From: an uncultured virus (IMG/VR IMGVR_UViG_3300021085_002396)
Taxonomy: Duplodnaviria; Heunggongvirae; Uroviricota; Caudoviricetes
Virus record (IMG/VR): IMGVR_UViG_3300021085_002396
Strand: one strand, 5' to 3'
DNA: 64,000 nt
The notes under the pieces were generated by a model, which saw only the letters and a program-made list of their open reading frames with translations, had not been told where the DNA came from and did not search any database. The translations under genes were made by a program, and so were the position numbers. Position 1 is the stretch's first letter. Each line of letters begins with the position of its first letter. Positions 28,607 to 38,629 of this stretch are shown piece after piece.

Positions 28607-29866
28607 CTATAATTTAGGTAATTCTAATTCAGGTAATTTCAATTCTACCTCTTGAGGAAACTCAGGAAGTAATTCTTTTAGTCTATTGTCTACTAAAGTA
28701 AACATATGATTTAGAGTAAACTCTTTATTAGTTCTAGCTCTTTGTTGTTTAGCAGGTATTAAGTATTTCTTATAATGCTTAAAAGTTTCTTTATATGCTC
28801 TAGCTGTTTCTCCATCATTAGGTTTAAACCATTTCGCATCTTTAAGTATCATATCTTTAACCGTAGCCGACTGATGTACATTCTCTAATGTTCCTCCTAT
28901 TAATATACTTTTATCTTTATCTAAAAAGTCTACCTGTCCTGACCATCCGGAAGCTATAACTGGTTTACCTGTAGTAGTAAACTCTAAGAGAGGTCTTCCA
29001 AAGCCTTCACCTTTTGTATGGCTTACCATTACTTTAACCTTAGAGTGATTATATAAATTGTTTATATTATCATCAGAAAGCTCTCCATGCAGTAAATAAA
29101 TGTTGGGTAACTTACCTTTTACAGTTTTTCTAATATCATCTATTCTCTGTAGTAACCTATCTCTATCTAATATAGATGTATTAACTAAAGAAGTCTTTAA
29201 TATTAATGCTGGTTGCTTAGGTTTATTTTTAAATGTTTCTAAGAAAGTTTTAATTGTATACCCTACATTCTTTCTGTCCTCTCCAAAGTCTCCTTGCATC
29301 CAATGACCAACAAGTAGATAACAGAACTGCTCTTGTATATCAGATAAATCTAACTTATCACCTGGAGATGGTAGGTACTTTGTAGTATCTACTCCTTCAA
29401 ATATTACCTCTATAGGTGTAGTACATTTTAACTGTCCTTTCGTTTTAGTTTTCTTATCTTCAGTATCATATGCAGTTGCTTCAAATACTAACTTAGAATG
29501 TTCTGATGATGTCCATACTACGTCCATTCTGTTTACACCTTCAATCCATTGAGGGGCTACTAATGTATTTTCCATCCCAGCAGTACAACCTATATTATAT
29601 TTACCTGCAGGAGTAAACTCATTAGGTACTGTAATCTGCATCCAATAATCTGGTTTCTTTACTACATGAGGTAGTATTAGTTTAATCATATCTTGACGTT
29701 TATGATCAGCTAAATATCCAAATCTAGTATTACCCCATCGTTGAGATAATATTTTTACATCATATCTATCTGTTGCAATGATAGCATCAACTATATCTCT
29801 TGATCTTGCTCCATATCCTGAATAGGTATCTACAGGAGCGCTTATAATAAATAACGGTTTACTCAT
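28607..29866 (-). CDS. Glycosyltransferase family 4 (GT-B)
   Basis: SGYG, RKN, GEGFGRPLLE. Confidence 0.9.
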   Translation of the reverse strand: MSKPLFIISAPVDTYSGYGARSRDIVDAIIATDRYDVKILSQRWGNTRFGYLADHKRQDMIKLILPHVVKKPDYWMQITVPNEFTPAGKYNIGCTAGMENTLVAPQWIEGVNRMDVVWTSSEHSKLVFEATAYDTEDKKTKTKGQLKCTTPIEVIFEGVDTTKYLPSPGDKLDLSDIQEQFCYLLVGHWMQGDFGEDRKNVGYTIKTFLETFKNKPKQPALILKTSLVNTSILDRDRLLQRIDDIRKTVKGKLPNIYLLHGELSDDNINNLYNHSKVKVMVSHTKGEGFGRPLLEFTTTGKPVIASGWSGQVDFLDKDKSILIGGTLENVHQSATVKDMILKDAKWFKPNDGETARAYKETFKHYKKYLIPAKQQRARTNKEFTLNHMFTLVDNRLKELLPEFPQEVELKLPELELPKL

Positions 29867-29867
29867 A

Positions 29868-31316
29868 TTAATAATCTAACAAGTTATGGGTAACTTTTGG
29901 TTTAACATAATTTTCTACTTTAATAATATCGAATTCACTTCTAGGAGTAAAGCTATCAAACCCTTTATCCATAACTTCGATAATTCTATCGCCCATCTTC
30001 TCAGCTGTCATACTAGCTTCATCCGACATAGCCCACTCACGTCCTTTAAGGCCTCTTCTATTTCTTTCATCCTGACCTAATTCATATGCCTCTAGCATTC
30101 TATCTGCTACGTCTTCTGAGTTACATCTATCGTCAAATATATAAGGAGTTAAAGGAGACCCCATAAGAGCTAAGTTAGAAGGAAAGACTGGTAATGACCA
30201 CTCTCCACATTTTTTATACTTACCTCTATGGTTAGAAGGAAAATCAGAATCAAAGTCTATCCACTTCCCATTTTCATCTTCGAACCTAGATTGGTCTTGC
30301 ATACCTCCAGTAGTGTTAGGAATAATCATAGTACCTGACATCATTGATTCAGTTAAAGATAATCCCCATCCTTCATTAGAGCTCATTAAAACATTAACAT
30401 CTGCTACGTTATATAACATATTCATTTGTTCTGGAGTTAATCTCTCTTCGTTAAAGAATACATTAACATACTCTGTATCACATATAGCATCTCTTACTGC
30501 TCTTAGATCTGTACCATGAGGTGAACTTATCTCTCCTTTCATTACTAAAGCACATTTCTTAGCTTTTTCAGGTCCTATCTTATCACAGAAGTATTTATAA
30601 GCTAATATAGTATCACCTGGGTGCTTCCTTTGAATATTTCTGGAGTTAAAGAAAACTACATACTCGATCTCTTTTTCTCCGAATAAGTCTTTTCTAAAGT
30701 TAGAAAAGTTATCCCAAGATGGATGTTCTTTAGTAATAGGATAGAATGCCTCTTCATCTATTCCGTGAGGAACATACTCTATAACCTTATCTTTAGCTTC
30801 TTCTCCTAATACTAGTTTATTAATATTAACTGTCTGTTTAGATATACCCATAAGAGTATCAACAGAATTATAATACTGTTTGTTGTACATAGGAGCAGGA
30901 TACTCATCCCATATGTTTAACCAAAAAATAGGAATCTTACTTCTTATCTCTCTTTCTATTTCAAATAACCATATCCAATATCTAGGGTCAGTAAATATAA
31001 AAATAGCATCTGGCTTTTCAGTAAAGAGTAGCTGACGTATTTTCAATGCATCTCCATATCCATTGTAAGGTTGAACTTTAATATCCGCATCTTTAAGACC
31101 TCTTCTTTTATTTATATCTTCTGATAGATCAAATGTCTTACCTGCTTCTGGATGCTTTAAAGCTGCTCCTAATTGAAACCAATTAAAGTGATGAGCAGTT
31201 TTTACTACAATCTCTCTCGACATAGTAGCAACTCCTGAGTGCATTCTGATATCATCAGATAAAAGTAGTATCTTCTTTCTTTTATCCTTTGGTATATAAC
31301 CTAATTTTTCTTCCAT
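29868..31316 (-). CDS. Glycosyltransferase family 4 (GT-B)
   Basis: SGVA, PHG, RN..RK, EGWGLSLTE. Confidence 0.9.
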   Translation of the reverse strand: MEEKLGYIPKDKRKKILLLSDDIRMHSGVATMSREIVVKTAHHFNWFQLGAALKHPEAGKTFDLSEDINKRRGLKDADIKVQPYNGYGDALKIRQLLFTEKPDAIFIFTDPRYWIWLFEIEREIRSKIPIFWLNIWDEYPAPMYNKQYYNSVDTLMGISKQTVNINKLVLGEEAKDKVIEYVPHGIDEEAFYPITKEHPSWDNFSNFRKDLFGEKEIEYVVFFNSRNIQRKHPGDTILAYKYFCDKIGPEKAKKCALVMKGEISSPHGTDLRAVRDAICDTEYVNVFFNEERLTPEQMNMLYNVADVNVLMSSNEGWGLSLTESMMSGTMIIPNTTGGMQDQSRFEDENGKWIDFDSDFPSNHRGKYKKCGEWSLPVFPSNLALMGSPLTPYIFDDRCNSEDVADRMLEAYELGQDERNRRGLKGREWAMSDEASMTAEKMGDRIIEVMDKGFDSFTPRSEFDIIKVENYVKPKVTHNLLDY

Positions 31317-31504
31317 TAACTTTTTATATTGATTGAATTTATTTTGTGTATTTGCTTCTTAAACTCCTTATCAGTAAGATAGAGAAAAATTGCCCGATCT
31401 GCAAGCTTTTTAAAAGAAAAGTTGTCTTTGAGGGCAGCCATTTTAAATTCGTCAAAAAGAGGTTGTGTGATTTTAACCGAGGTAAGCTTTTCGTCTTTTA
31501 TCAT
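31316..31504 (-). CDS. Ribbon-helix-helix-like DNA-binding protein
   Basis: LTSVKI strand followed by two helices. Confidence 0.65.
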   Translation of the reverse strand: MIKDEKLTSVKITQPLFDEFKMAALKDNFSFKKLADRAIFLYLTDKEFKKQIHKINSINIKS

Positions 31505-31540
31505 AACAGTATATAATTATATATTTATATATAAATAGGC

Positions 31541-32482
31541 TTAATTTACATAATCTTTACATTCATTGCACTTACCTAAAGGAGAAGTACAAGAGTATTC
31601 CTTATCTATATAGTTGTTATCGCTATCTAATACATCTGATATAAATTTGTTCATAGATTCAATAACTTGTTTTGTCTTTCTAGGTCCAGATGCAGGAGTA
31701 AATTCTTGAACTCTTCTCTGTTGAGTAGCAAACTCTGCTTCTGCAGGTACTCTTCTCTTAACGATAAAAAACTCAACATCTATTTTACTAGGATCAATTT
31801 TAAACTGCTTAGCAAAAAACTCTCTATATAGAATAACTTGAGCAGTTAGATTAGGATTCTTCTTGTAAGCATCATTCCAACCTCTAGTAGAAGTCTTTAT
31901 GTCCATAACAGTCCATCTATCAGTATTTGGATGGTAGAAGATCAAATCTACTAGTCCTTTAAACATTACTCCAGGACGTATCTCCTGGTATAAGAGTGTC
32001 TCTATCCCAGCCAATTTAGCTGTCTTAGTACTAAAGTATGCAGCTCTTTTCTTCTTGATAAACTCTAGAATATGTTTTCCGTCTAACCAGAATTCTTGTA
32101 ACTCTTCTGCTGAAGAGAAGTGAGTATGTCCATTTATTGCTTTGCCAGATTTATATGACTTAATCATATTATCATAAAGCAATTGATTAATGTTTATATC
32201 ATTAGCTGTCTTTACCTTATCGTAGTATAAAGTTTCTAAGTAAGTTTGTAATGTTTCATGCATAGCTGTACCGAAGCAAGTATAAATGTTCTGAGTAAAT
32301 GGTATTTCATTTCTCAAATACATTAGCTCCCATTTCTTAGGACATTTATTATATGTACTAAGTGAACTATATGAAATATGTTTATTCTTAGAAGGAGATT
32401 GTTTAATTTTACTCTCCCAAACTTCTTTAACTAAAGGATTAGTCTTCTTCTTTTCAGAATCAGGATATATTCTTTTCGGCAT
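31541..32482 (-). CDS. PD-(D/E)XK exonuclease (RecB/Cas4-like)
   Basis: SYSSL..Y.KCP, GTAMH, G.VD...DIKT, Q..LY, C-terminal Cys cluster. Confidence 0.9.
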   Translation of the reverse strand: MPKRIYPDSEKKKTNPLVKEVWESKIKQSPSKNKHISYSSLSTYNKCPKKWELMYLRNEIPFTQNIYTCFGTAMHETLQTYLETLYYDKVKTANDININQLLYDNMIKSYKSGKAINGHTHFSSAEELQEFWLDGKHILEFIKKKRAAYFSTKTAKLAGIETLLYQEIRPGVMFKGLVDLIFYHPNTDRWTVMDIKTSTRGWNDAYKKNPNLTAQVILYREFFAKQFKIDPSKIDVEFFIVKRRVPAEAEFATQQRRVQEFTPASGPRKTKQVIESMNKFISDVLDSDNNYIDKEYSCTSPLGKCNECKDYVN

Positions 32483-32869
32483 TTAATCGTTTTTCCAGAG
32501 ACCTCTCTGTACTAACTGCGCTATAATACCATAGTTAGTAACATCTTGAAAAGTATCTATTAGAGTTTCATTTTGAGCTTTACGGCCTGATATGATCATA
32601 TTCTTCCATCTATTAATTTTATCTGAAAGTCTGTACCATAATCCTGTCATTGCAAATTCGATTTCATCTGGTGTATCTAAATTCGTACCAGCACTTACAT
32701 TATGCATTCCGTAATCAAGATGCTTCTTAGCAAATAGTTCAAACTGTTCGTCAACTACTTCTTTGTAAGCATTATAAATTGTTGGGTACTCATCTCTAAG
32801 TATCTCAATTGCTGTGGTTCTTTTCCCACTCATTGCATCGCTAATTTCTCTACTACTCATACTTTCCAA
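32483..32869 (-). CDS. DUF1599 (nucleotide-modification associated) protein
   Basis: K..DYG, R..DK..R, E...DT..D..NY. Confidence 0.8.
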   Translation of the reverse strand: MESMSSREISDAMSGKRTTAIEILRDEYPTIYNAYKEVVDEQFELFAKKHLDYGMHNVSAGTNLDTPDEIEFAMTGLWYRLSDKINRWKNMIISGRKAQNETLIDTFQDVTNYGIIAQLVQRGLWKND

Positions 32870-33071
32870 AATGTCTTTTAAGGGTTTCTAAAACGTCTTC
32901 ACTTTCAGCTAATGCCACTGCTGCTTCTTCAGCATTCTTATAGAAATCAGAAGTTGAATGATCTCCTATACCAGCAGGATGGTCTATTAATAAGTCGAAA
33001 GTCATTAGTGCCTTTTCTCTTTGAGCCTCATAGGTCTTTGTGAGCATTTTTATAACTCTATGCTGTGCCAT
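32853..33071 (-). CDS. Hypothetical phage protein
   Basis: PAGIGDHS motif. Confidence 0.75.
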   Translation of the reverse strand: MAQHRVIKMLTKTYEAQREKALMTFDLLIDHPAGIGDHSTSDFYKNAEEAAVALAESEDVLETLKRHFGKYE

Positions 33072-33126
33072 AACTATTATTTAAGTTTGTATATCTATAC
33101 AATATACGAAGAAAAAATCAGAATAC

Positions 33127-34245
33127 CTACAGATATTTGATAATGTTGTCGTCTTTACTAACCTTTCTTTCAGAACCATCACTGTAAAGTACTCTGTGTT
33201 CACTTGGTCCTTTTTGTAGTATCTTTTGTGGTACTGGATCTCCGTCTACAACTTTCCAGTCTTTAGGATCCTCATCATAATGTTCTCCATCATTACCGTT
33301 ACGTCCTATAACGTCCATTCTTTTCTCATCTTCTTCATCGTAGTTCAGTAAAGTATCTTCTGATTCTTTAGGACTATCGTTACTATCCCATAAGTCATCT
33401 TCAACCTCATCCTCATATTCATCATATAAGTTTTTTCTATTAGCTTGATCGAAGGCAAAGTTTGCTGCTATTACTAATGAAATAGCTAAAGGATCAAATA
33501 CAAATATAATTACAAGGAGTAGTATATTAATAATCTTATCCATTGGAGTGCCAGTTAATCCAGAAAGGTATTCTAGTGGTCCTAACTCTCCTGCTAGATC
33601 TGTATTATTCTCTAAATCTAATATTTCTAATTGGTATTTCTGAAGACTATCAGCTACTTGTTCTCTTTTTAATTGAACAGATGCTCTATTTTCCTCTTCA
33701 ACATTAATACGACTTTGGGATAATCTAAGTTCGGCAGTACTAACTGTTGATCGAAAGCCTGTAGATGATGTCGTGTCTCGTACTTGAATCGAGGTCGCTT
33801 TCGCACCAGATAGAGTAGAAATGTTATTAGAGATTCTTTCAAGTTCCTGATCATACCTTGCCACATCCTTTCCATAAAAATCTGTCTTTTGTTCTAGAAA
33901 TGCTACTTGATTATTCTTAACTGTTAACTGTCTGTAAGTATCTTGATATGCTGCACTTAAAAAGCCGTATATACCCATACTAGTAATGAGTACCAATACT
34001 ACTGCAGCTATAGTGAGATACGTTCTAAGAAGCTTATTAATTGTATTCCAGTATTGGTATAAAAGAGATGCAATTACTAACTTTGCTACCTCTAATGAAC
34101 CAGCCATTATAATTACTTCAAATGTAGCTCCTGCAAATAGTTTAGATAGTCCGCTAACTGAATAGAAAGCAGCTGAAGCACTAACAGACAATGCTGAAAT
34201 TGCTATAATACTTGGGAATATGTTCTGTTTAAATCTTTTTATCAT
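33127..34245 (-). CDS. Membrane protein with long coiled coil
   Basis: Three N-terminal TMs, ELGPL.Y, IIFVFDPLA. Confidence 0.8.
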   Translation of the reverse strand: MIKRFKQNIFPSIIAISALSVSASAAFYSVSGLSKLFAGATFEVIIMAGSLEVAKLVIASLLYQYWNTINKLLRTYLTIAAVVLVLITSMGIYGFLSAAYQDTYRQLTVKNNQVAFLEQKTDFYGKDVARYDQELERISNNISTLSGAKATSIQVRDTTSSTGFRSTVSTAELRLSQSRINVEEENRASVQLKREQVADSLQKYQLEILDLENNTDLAGELGPLEYLSGLTGTPMDKIINILLLVIIFVFDPLAISLVIAANFAFDQANRKNLYDEYEDEVEDDLWDSNDSPKESEDTLLNYDEEDEKRMDVIGRNGNDGEHYDEDPKDWKVVDGDPVPQKILQKGPSEHRVLYSDGSERKVSKDDNIIKYL

Positions 34246-34637
34246 TGTACTAGCAATAAAAGAGTAGCTGCTGCACCGATACCCGCTCCTATTTTATAAA
34301 TAGTAGATTGTCTCTTTTGTCTCTTTAAAGCTATTTCCAAATCCTTGGAAAGATTAGTTTGAACATCATATTTCTTATTCAGACCTGAGATAACTGATTG
34401 TAAATTGTTATTTTGTAGCTCTAAATTAACAACTAATTGGTTCTGAGTGAGTAGCTTATTATTAGTCTCAGTAAGAATAGACTGCATAGTAAGCATTTCA
34501 GTTGATAGTCCATCAAACTGAATTAAGTCTTTAATAACTAACTTAGCTATAGGCTTAGTTAATTGAATCTTTATGCTGTCTGTAGCGGTTTGCGAAAAAC
34601 TGTTGAAGCTCATCATCAAACATACTATCAACAGCAT
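34242..34637 (-). CDS. Secreted coiled-coil protein with C-terminal hydrophobic tail (possible spanin-like)
   Basis: Signal peptide, coiled coil, TM tail; overlaps the upstream gene. Confidence 0.55.
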   Translation of the reverse strand: MLLIVCLMMSFNSFSQTATDSIKIQLTKPIAKLVIKDLIQFDGLSTEMLTMQSILTETNNKLLTQNQLVVNLELQNNNLQSVISGLNKKYDVQTNLSKDLEIALKRQKRQSTIYKIGAGIGAAATLLLLVQ

Positions 34638-34917
34638 TAATTTTTTGCTCTGTTTGTTTCTTAATAACATAAATTCTAGAATTTAATTTCTTTATCTCTT
34701 GATCGTAAGAGGTTATTCTTAAATATAATGAATCAGCTTCTAATTTTAAAGCATTATTCTGAGTATTTATAGAATCGATTCTCTGTTCTAGTAGCTGAAT
34801 CTTTAATTCATAAGACTCTATGTCAACACTTATCTTAGGTTGACCCCATATCATCCAAGCTACGAACCCGCCTAATATAGCGAACAGTAGGTATCCTTGT
34901 AAACCTTTTACTTTCAT
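34555..34917 (-). CDS. N-terminally anchored coiled-coil protein (possible i-spanin-like)
   Basis: Single TM followed by heptads; follows DUF5675. Confidence 0.55.
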   Translation of the reverse strand: MKVKGLQGYLLFAILGGFVAWMIWGQPKISVDIESYELKIQLLEQRIDSINTQNNALKLEADSLYLRITSYDQEIKKLNSRIYVIKKQTEQKINAVDSMFDDELQQFFANRYRQHKDSIN

Positions 34918-34953
34918 ATAATACAATATAATAAATATTTCTCAGACGAGCAA

Positions 34954-35433
34954 CTATCCGTGGATAATTCCTTCGTCAAAGTCAATATATGTTACTTCTG
35001 CTTCTCCATCTCTTTCAATAGCTTCTGCTATAGATGGGTAAACTCTTTTGTAAGCTTCAGTAGAAGCTCCTATAAATCCTGATTTAGAAATATTTTGCTG
35101 AGATGTATCTCCGAATAGTAAACATCCCATTGTATGTTCGTCAGTATTACCGGTATGCCATAGTATGTAAGTAAAATTCGGTACATCTTGTACATGAATC
35201 ATACCTTTATGCATTGAACCGTACTTCTTAACATATCTGTTATGATATCCTCCTTCTTTACGTAAATTAAGTTTATACGTACCTTGAGGTATTCTAGTTT
35301 CTCCTTTTACTTTAGTTTCTCTTGCTTCATCTTCTATAGTGAAACATAAAAACTTTCTACCATTAGTTACATCGAATAATAACCCGAGTGTAGAATCGCT
35401 CTGTGAGCTGAATCTTAATACTTCTAATTTCAT
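34954..35433 (-). CDS. DUF5675 family protein (putative peptidoglycan enzyme)
   Basis: T.G.L, TIED, IP.GTY, IL.H.GN...T.GCLL. Confidence 0.85.
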   Translation of the reverse strand: MKLEVLRFSSQSDSTLGLLFDVTNGRKFLCFTIEDEARETKVKGETRIPQGTYKLNLRKEGGYHNRYVKKYGSMHKGMIHVQDVPNFTYILWHTGNTDEHTMGCLLFGDTSQQNISKSGFIGASTEAYKRVYPSIAEAIERDGEAEVTYIDFDEGIIHG

Positions 35434-35436
35434 AAT

Positions 35437-35691
35437 TTATTTATTTCTTTGTCCAAAAGCTTTTCCTGCTTCTGCAATACCAAAAGCACCTAATACAATC
35501 CATACAAATGAGTTGTATATGTACTCATTGATAACTAAATCTTTGCCTACATATCCAGTAATTAAATCTGCAAATGCAAATATTACCATGATTATGAAAG
35601 CTGCGAAACCAACTACTGATTTTTCATTGATATCGTTTTCGTCTTTAAATATGTCTCTAAAGCTCATCCATTTACGTTTTATATAGTTCAT
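35437..35691 (-). CDS. Two-TM holin-like protein
   Basis: Two TMs, basic C-terminus, directly upstream of DUF5675. Confidence 0.6.
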   Translation of the reverse strand: MNYIKRKWMSFRDIFKDENDINEKSVVGFAAFIIMVIFAFADLITGYVGKDLVINEYIYNSFVWIVLGAFGIAEAGKAFGQRNK

Positions 35692-35739
35692 AATAATGAA
35701 AACTGTTTTTAGTGTAACGTTATTTAATATAAATAGTTT

Positions 35740-37590
35740 CTAGAATTGGAATCTAGAGCCTACTGTGATTGCCCATGAAAGTGGTACTCCTGGTCCAGTA
35801 TTTCCAATTAAAGTTCCTCCTATGTTAGCTTTAAATCTTTGAGTTAAATTAAAATCAAAGTTACTACCTGCTATCCATGTACCATGATAATTACCTTGTG
35901 GATACATTAGGTTAATATCAAATGTTATAGGAGTCATAGAATAAGCAAGCATAGGTGAAACAGTTAATCTATCCCATTTTTTAAAATTAAAAGGTTTAGT
36001 ACCAAATACTGTAACTGCTGCTACTAAAATAGGTTTACTCCCTTCTGGGAATATTGACATTCCAGTTAATGCCCATCCACCTACAAATCCTTTCCATTTA
36101 TTATCTTTCTGTCCCATATATACATCACTAATACCTGCTGTTGCAATATGAGTTGAAAACATTCTCATATATCCTGCTGATATAGATTGTACTTTCATTA
36201 TAGATCCTCTCTCCATATGAGTACCTAGCTTATCTTTTCCTCCAGTCATAGGATTATCAATATAATAATCTACTGGTTTGTCGTATTTAAAGAATACATG
36301 ACTCTTTGATAAGTTAATACTATACTGTTTAAGATTAGACCAGAGCATTGCATTAGCTGCATATGTATCTTCTCCTGTTAATGAAGATTGAGAGTAACCA
36401 AAAGATGCAGCATTAGTTAGTGCTCCATCTATCATTTGCATTGTTACCAAGTTAGCTGTAACAATTGGAGGAGCTAAAGTTTTTTCTTTCTCCTCTTCTT
36501 CTTCCTCTTCCTCTTCTTTACTATCTTCCTTTTTTTCTTCTTCCTCTTCTTCTTCTTTATCTTCTTTCTTTTCTTCTTCTTCCTCTTCTTTCTTTTCCTC
36601 TTCTTTTTCCTCTTCCTTTTCTTCTTTCTTATCTTCTTCTACTTCTTCTTCTTTTTCTTTTTCTTCAGATTTTTCTTCAGACTTTTCGTCAGACTTTTCA
36701 TCCTTACTTTCCTCATTTTTTGAATCGTCTGAATTTTCTTCTGTTTCGCTTCCTGAATCACTTTCTTCTCCTCCTGACGAATCACCATCGCTGCTATCTC
36801 CATCCCCAGAAGAGTTATCTGAATCTGACGAATCACTGTTATCACCCGAGCTATCAGACCCACCTGAATCTTCACTCCCTCCTGAGCTGCTATCGCCAGA
36901 AGAGTCTCCTCCTCCACTGTTGCCGGAATCACTTCCTCCTGAGTTATCATTTGAAGAACTGCCTGAATCCCCTCCTGAGCTTGATCCACTAGAGTTTCCT
37001 TCGCTGCTTCCTGAACTGCTTGATCCAGAGGAGCTTCCTGAACTACCACTGCTTGATCCATTTCCTGTTGATGATCCTGAGCTTCCTGAGCTTGAAGATC
37101 CTGTTGATCCTGTATTTCCATTTGATGTGTTTGTATTAGTTGTACCTGTATTAGTACTACCTGTATTAGTACTACCTGTATTAGTTGTTCCGGTAGTCCC
37201 AGTTGTACCTGTTGTTCCAGCAGCACTTGATGTTGCATTACTAGTAGCATTACTAGTAGCATTAGATGCTGCATTAGTAGCGTTTGTTGTAGCGTTTTGA
37301 GTCGTCTGTTGAGTTGTATTAGACGTAGCATTATTTGTTGAACAAGGTGATAATGCTTGCCACCATGAATAAGTTTCTTCTAACCATGTTATTAAAGTAC
37401 CGTTAGTAAACTCAGCCGCTGTAAAGACTCTAGATCTATTATAATAAGCCACCACAGTAGAGCTGTTCATCTGTACAGTCATTACTTTGACTTCTCCTGT
37501 ACATCTGTCAGTATAGGTTTGAACAAGGGCCTGTGAATGACCCTTGAACATCCCCATCGCAGCAATTACTATGAATAGTAACCATCTCAT
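35740..37590 (-). CDS. Secreted protein with T/N/S/G and E/K low-complexity stalk and C-terminal beta-barrel-like domain
   Basis: Signal peptide; amphipathic strands ending VGSRFQF. Confidence 0.8.
   Translation of the reverse strand: MRWLLFIVIAAMGMFKGHSQALVQTYTDRCTGEVKVMTVQMNSSTVVAYYNRSRVFTAAEFTNGTLITWLEETYSWWQALSPCSTNNATSNTTQQTTQNATTNATNAASNATSNATSNATSSAAGTTGTTGTTGTTNTGSTNTGSTNTGTTNTNTSNGNTGSTGSSSSGSSGSSTGNGSSSGSSGSSSGSSSSGSSEGNSSGSSSGGDSGSSSNDNSGGSDSGNSGGGDSSGDSSSGGSEDSGGSDSSGDNSDSSDSDNSSGDGDSSDGDSSGGEESDSGSETEENSDDSKNEESKDEKSDEKSEEKSEEKEKEEEVEEDKKEEKEEEKEEEKKEEEEEEKKEDKEEEEEEEKKEDSKEEEEEEEEEKEKTLAPPIVTANLVTMQMIDGALTNAASFGYSQSSLTGEDTYAANAMLWSNLKQYSINLSKSHVFFKYDKPVDYYIDNPMTGGKDKLGTHMERGSIMKVQSISAGYMRMFSTHIATAGISDVYMGQKDNKWKGFVGGWALTGMSIFPEGSKPILVAAVTVFGTKPFNFKKWDRLTVSPMLAYSMTPITFDINLMYPQGNYHGTWIAGSNFDFNLTQRFKANIGGTLIGNTGPGVPLSWAITVGSRFQF
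37143..37185. repeat. 15-bp tandem repeat (~3 copies) encoding TNTGS
   Basis: TACCTGTATTAGTAC units. Confidence 0.85.
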
Positions 37591-37600
37591 AACACTTGAA

Positions 37601-38320
37601 TTAGTGATCAAATATTTTCTTTCTTATCATCCTTTTAACGATCTTAGCAACTGCTGTCTCTAATGCTTTACGTGTTGATACCCCAATCGATGATTGATTG
37701 AAAGATACTTCTGATAAATTTTGATCATTAAGTATGGTCACCTCTCTAGTAGTTGTAGCGAGTCCTAATCCCGAACCAGTCATATATAGACCGGTTTGAG
37801 CATCGACCATTTTAACTTGGAGCCCAAGTCTGGTCACAAGAGTATTTTTCACTCCGTCTTTTAAATTGATTGATTCATCTTCAGATATAGAAAAGTCATA
37901 GATCTCTACATAAGCAAAATATCGAGCAAGAGTTATCTTTCCTCTTATCTCTATTTCATTAGCAGTAAATCCTTTCTGAGATGCTTTGAACTGTACAATC
38001 ATACGGTCCTTTATCTCATCTTTAGTTTCTACAAATTCAAATCTAAAAGTTTCATCTAAAAAAGCTACAGTAATATTTGTTAGACCTAAGCCTACACGAT
38101 AGTCTCCTAGTTCAGGATACTGTAGCAATATGTCATCTGTTAAACCTACGTCTAGAAGTGCTACTGGTACTGGATCACCAAAGTATTCGGGAATTGAGTA
38201 TAACGAGGCTTGTCTCTCAAATTCCGCTTGATAATTCTCAGTCGTAGTCTTTCCGACGACTTGTCCATTTACTAGTGCAAATCCGAATATTACGAATAAT
38301 ACACTAATATACTTACCCAA
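37601..38320 (-). CDS. CsgG/HfaB-like protein
   Basis: Signal peptide; L.ET.RF..VE, EIYDF, LQVKMVDAQTG, RKALETAV. Confidence 0.75.
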   Translation of the reverse strand: MGKYISVLFVIFGFALVNGQVVGKTTTENYQAEFERQASLYSIPEYFGDPVPVALLDVGLTDDILLQYPELGDYRVGLGLTNITVAFLDETFRFEFVETKDEIKDRMIVQFKASQKGFTANEIEIRGKITLARYFAYVEIYDFSISEDESINLKDGVKNTLVTRLGLQVKMVDAQTGLYMTGSGLGLATTTREVTILNDQNLSEVSFNQSSIGVSTRKALETAVAKIVKRMIRKKIFDH

Positions 38321-38537
38321 GGGTATCGAATACCCCGAATGTTGCGTTGTCGAATGATGATGGGTTAGTAATTAGTTCAAATACTAAGCTAGACCAGCCT
38401 ACAATAAACAATAAAAATAAGCTAGATACCCATACTAGCAAAAGAGTTTGCCAAATTTTCCATAATAAAGTTGGCTGCTCGAAGATTTCTTCATACATTA
38501 AGATGAAGGGGCTTGCGAAAAAGTTAATTACATTCAT
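38313..38537 (-). CDS. Small membrane protein
   Basis: Long hydrophobic helix; ATFG.FD motif. Confidence 0.65.
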   Translation of the reverse strand: MNVINFFASPFILMYEEIFEQPTLLWKIWQTLLLVWVSSLFLLFIVGWSSLVFELITNPSSFDNATFGVFDTLG

Positions 38538-38585
38538 AGTTAGTTAATTTTAAAGGTTACCAATCAAGTTCTTTCGAAACTATGT

Positions 38586-38624
38586 GAGGGGTCTGGATTT
38601 GCGACATTCAGGCCCTTCTTTTTT
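38586..38624 (+). terminator. Intrinsic terminator-like hairpin on the plus strand
   Basis: GAGGGGTCTGGA-N9-TTCAGGCCCTTC-TTTTTT. Confidence 0.55.
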
Positions 38625-38629
38625 GTTTC

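Noticed and set aside
31541..32482. CRISPR-associated Cas4
   Set aside because: No array or other cas genes; standalone PD-(D/E)XK nucleases are common in phages
33669..33875. Nested minus-strand ORF (also 61084..61443 and 337..522)
   Set aside because: Alternative frames overlapping stronger genes or the GC-rich repeat
36465..37331. Three long alternative ORFs (36465..36992 +, 36639..37331 -, 36920..37300 +)
   Set aside because: Shadow frames of the low-complexity stalk in 35740..37590
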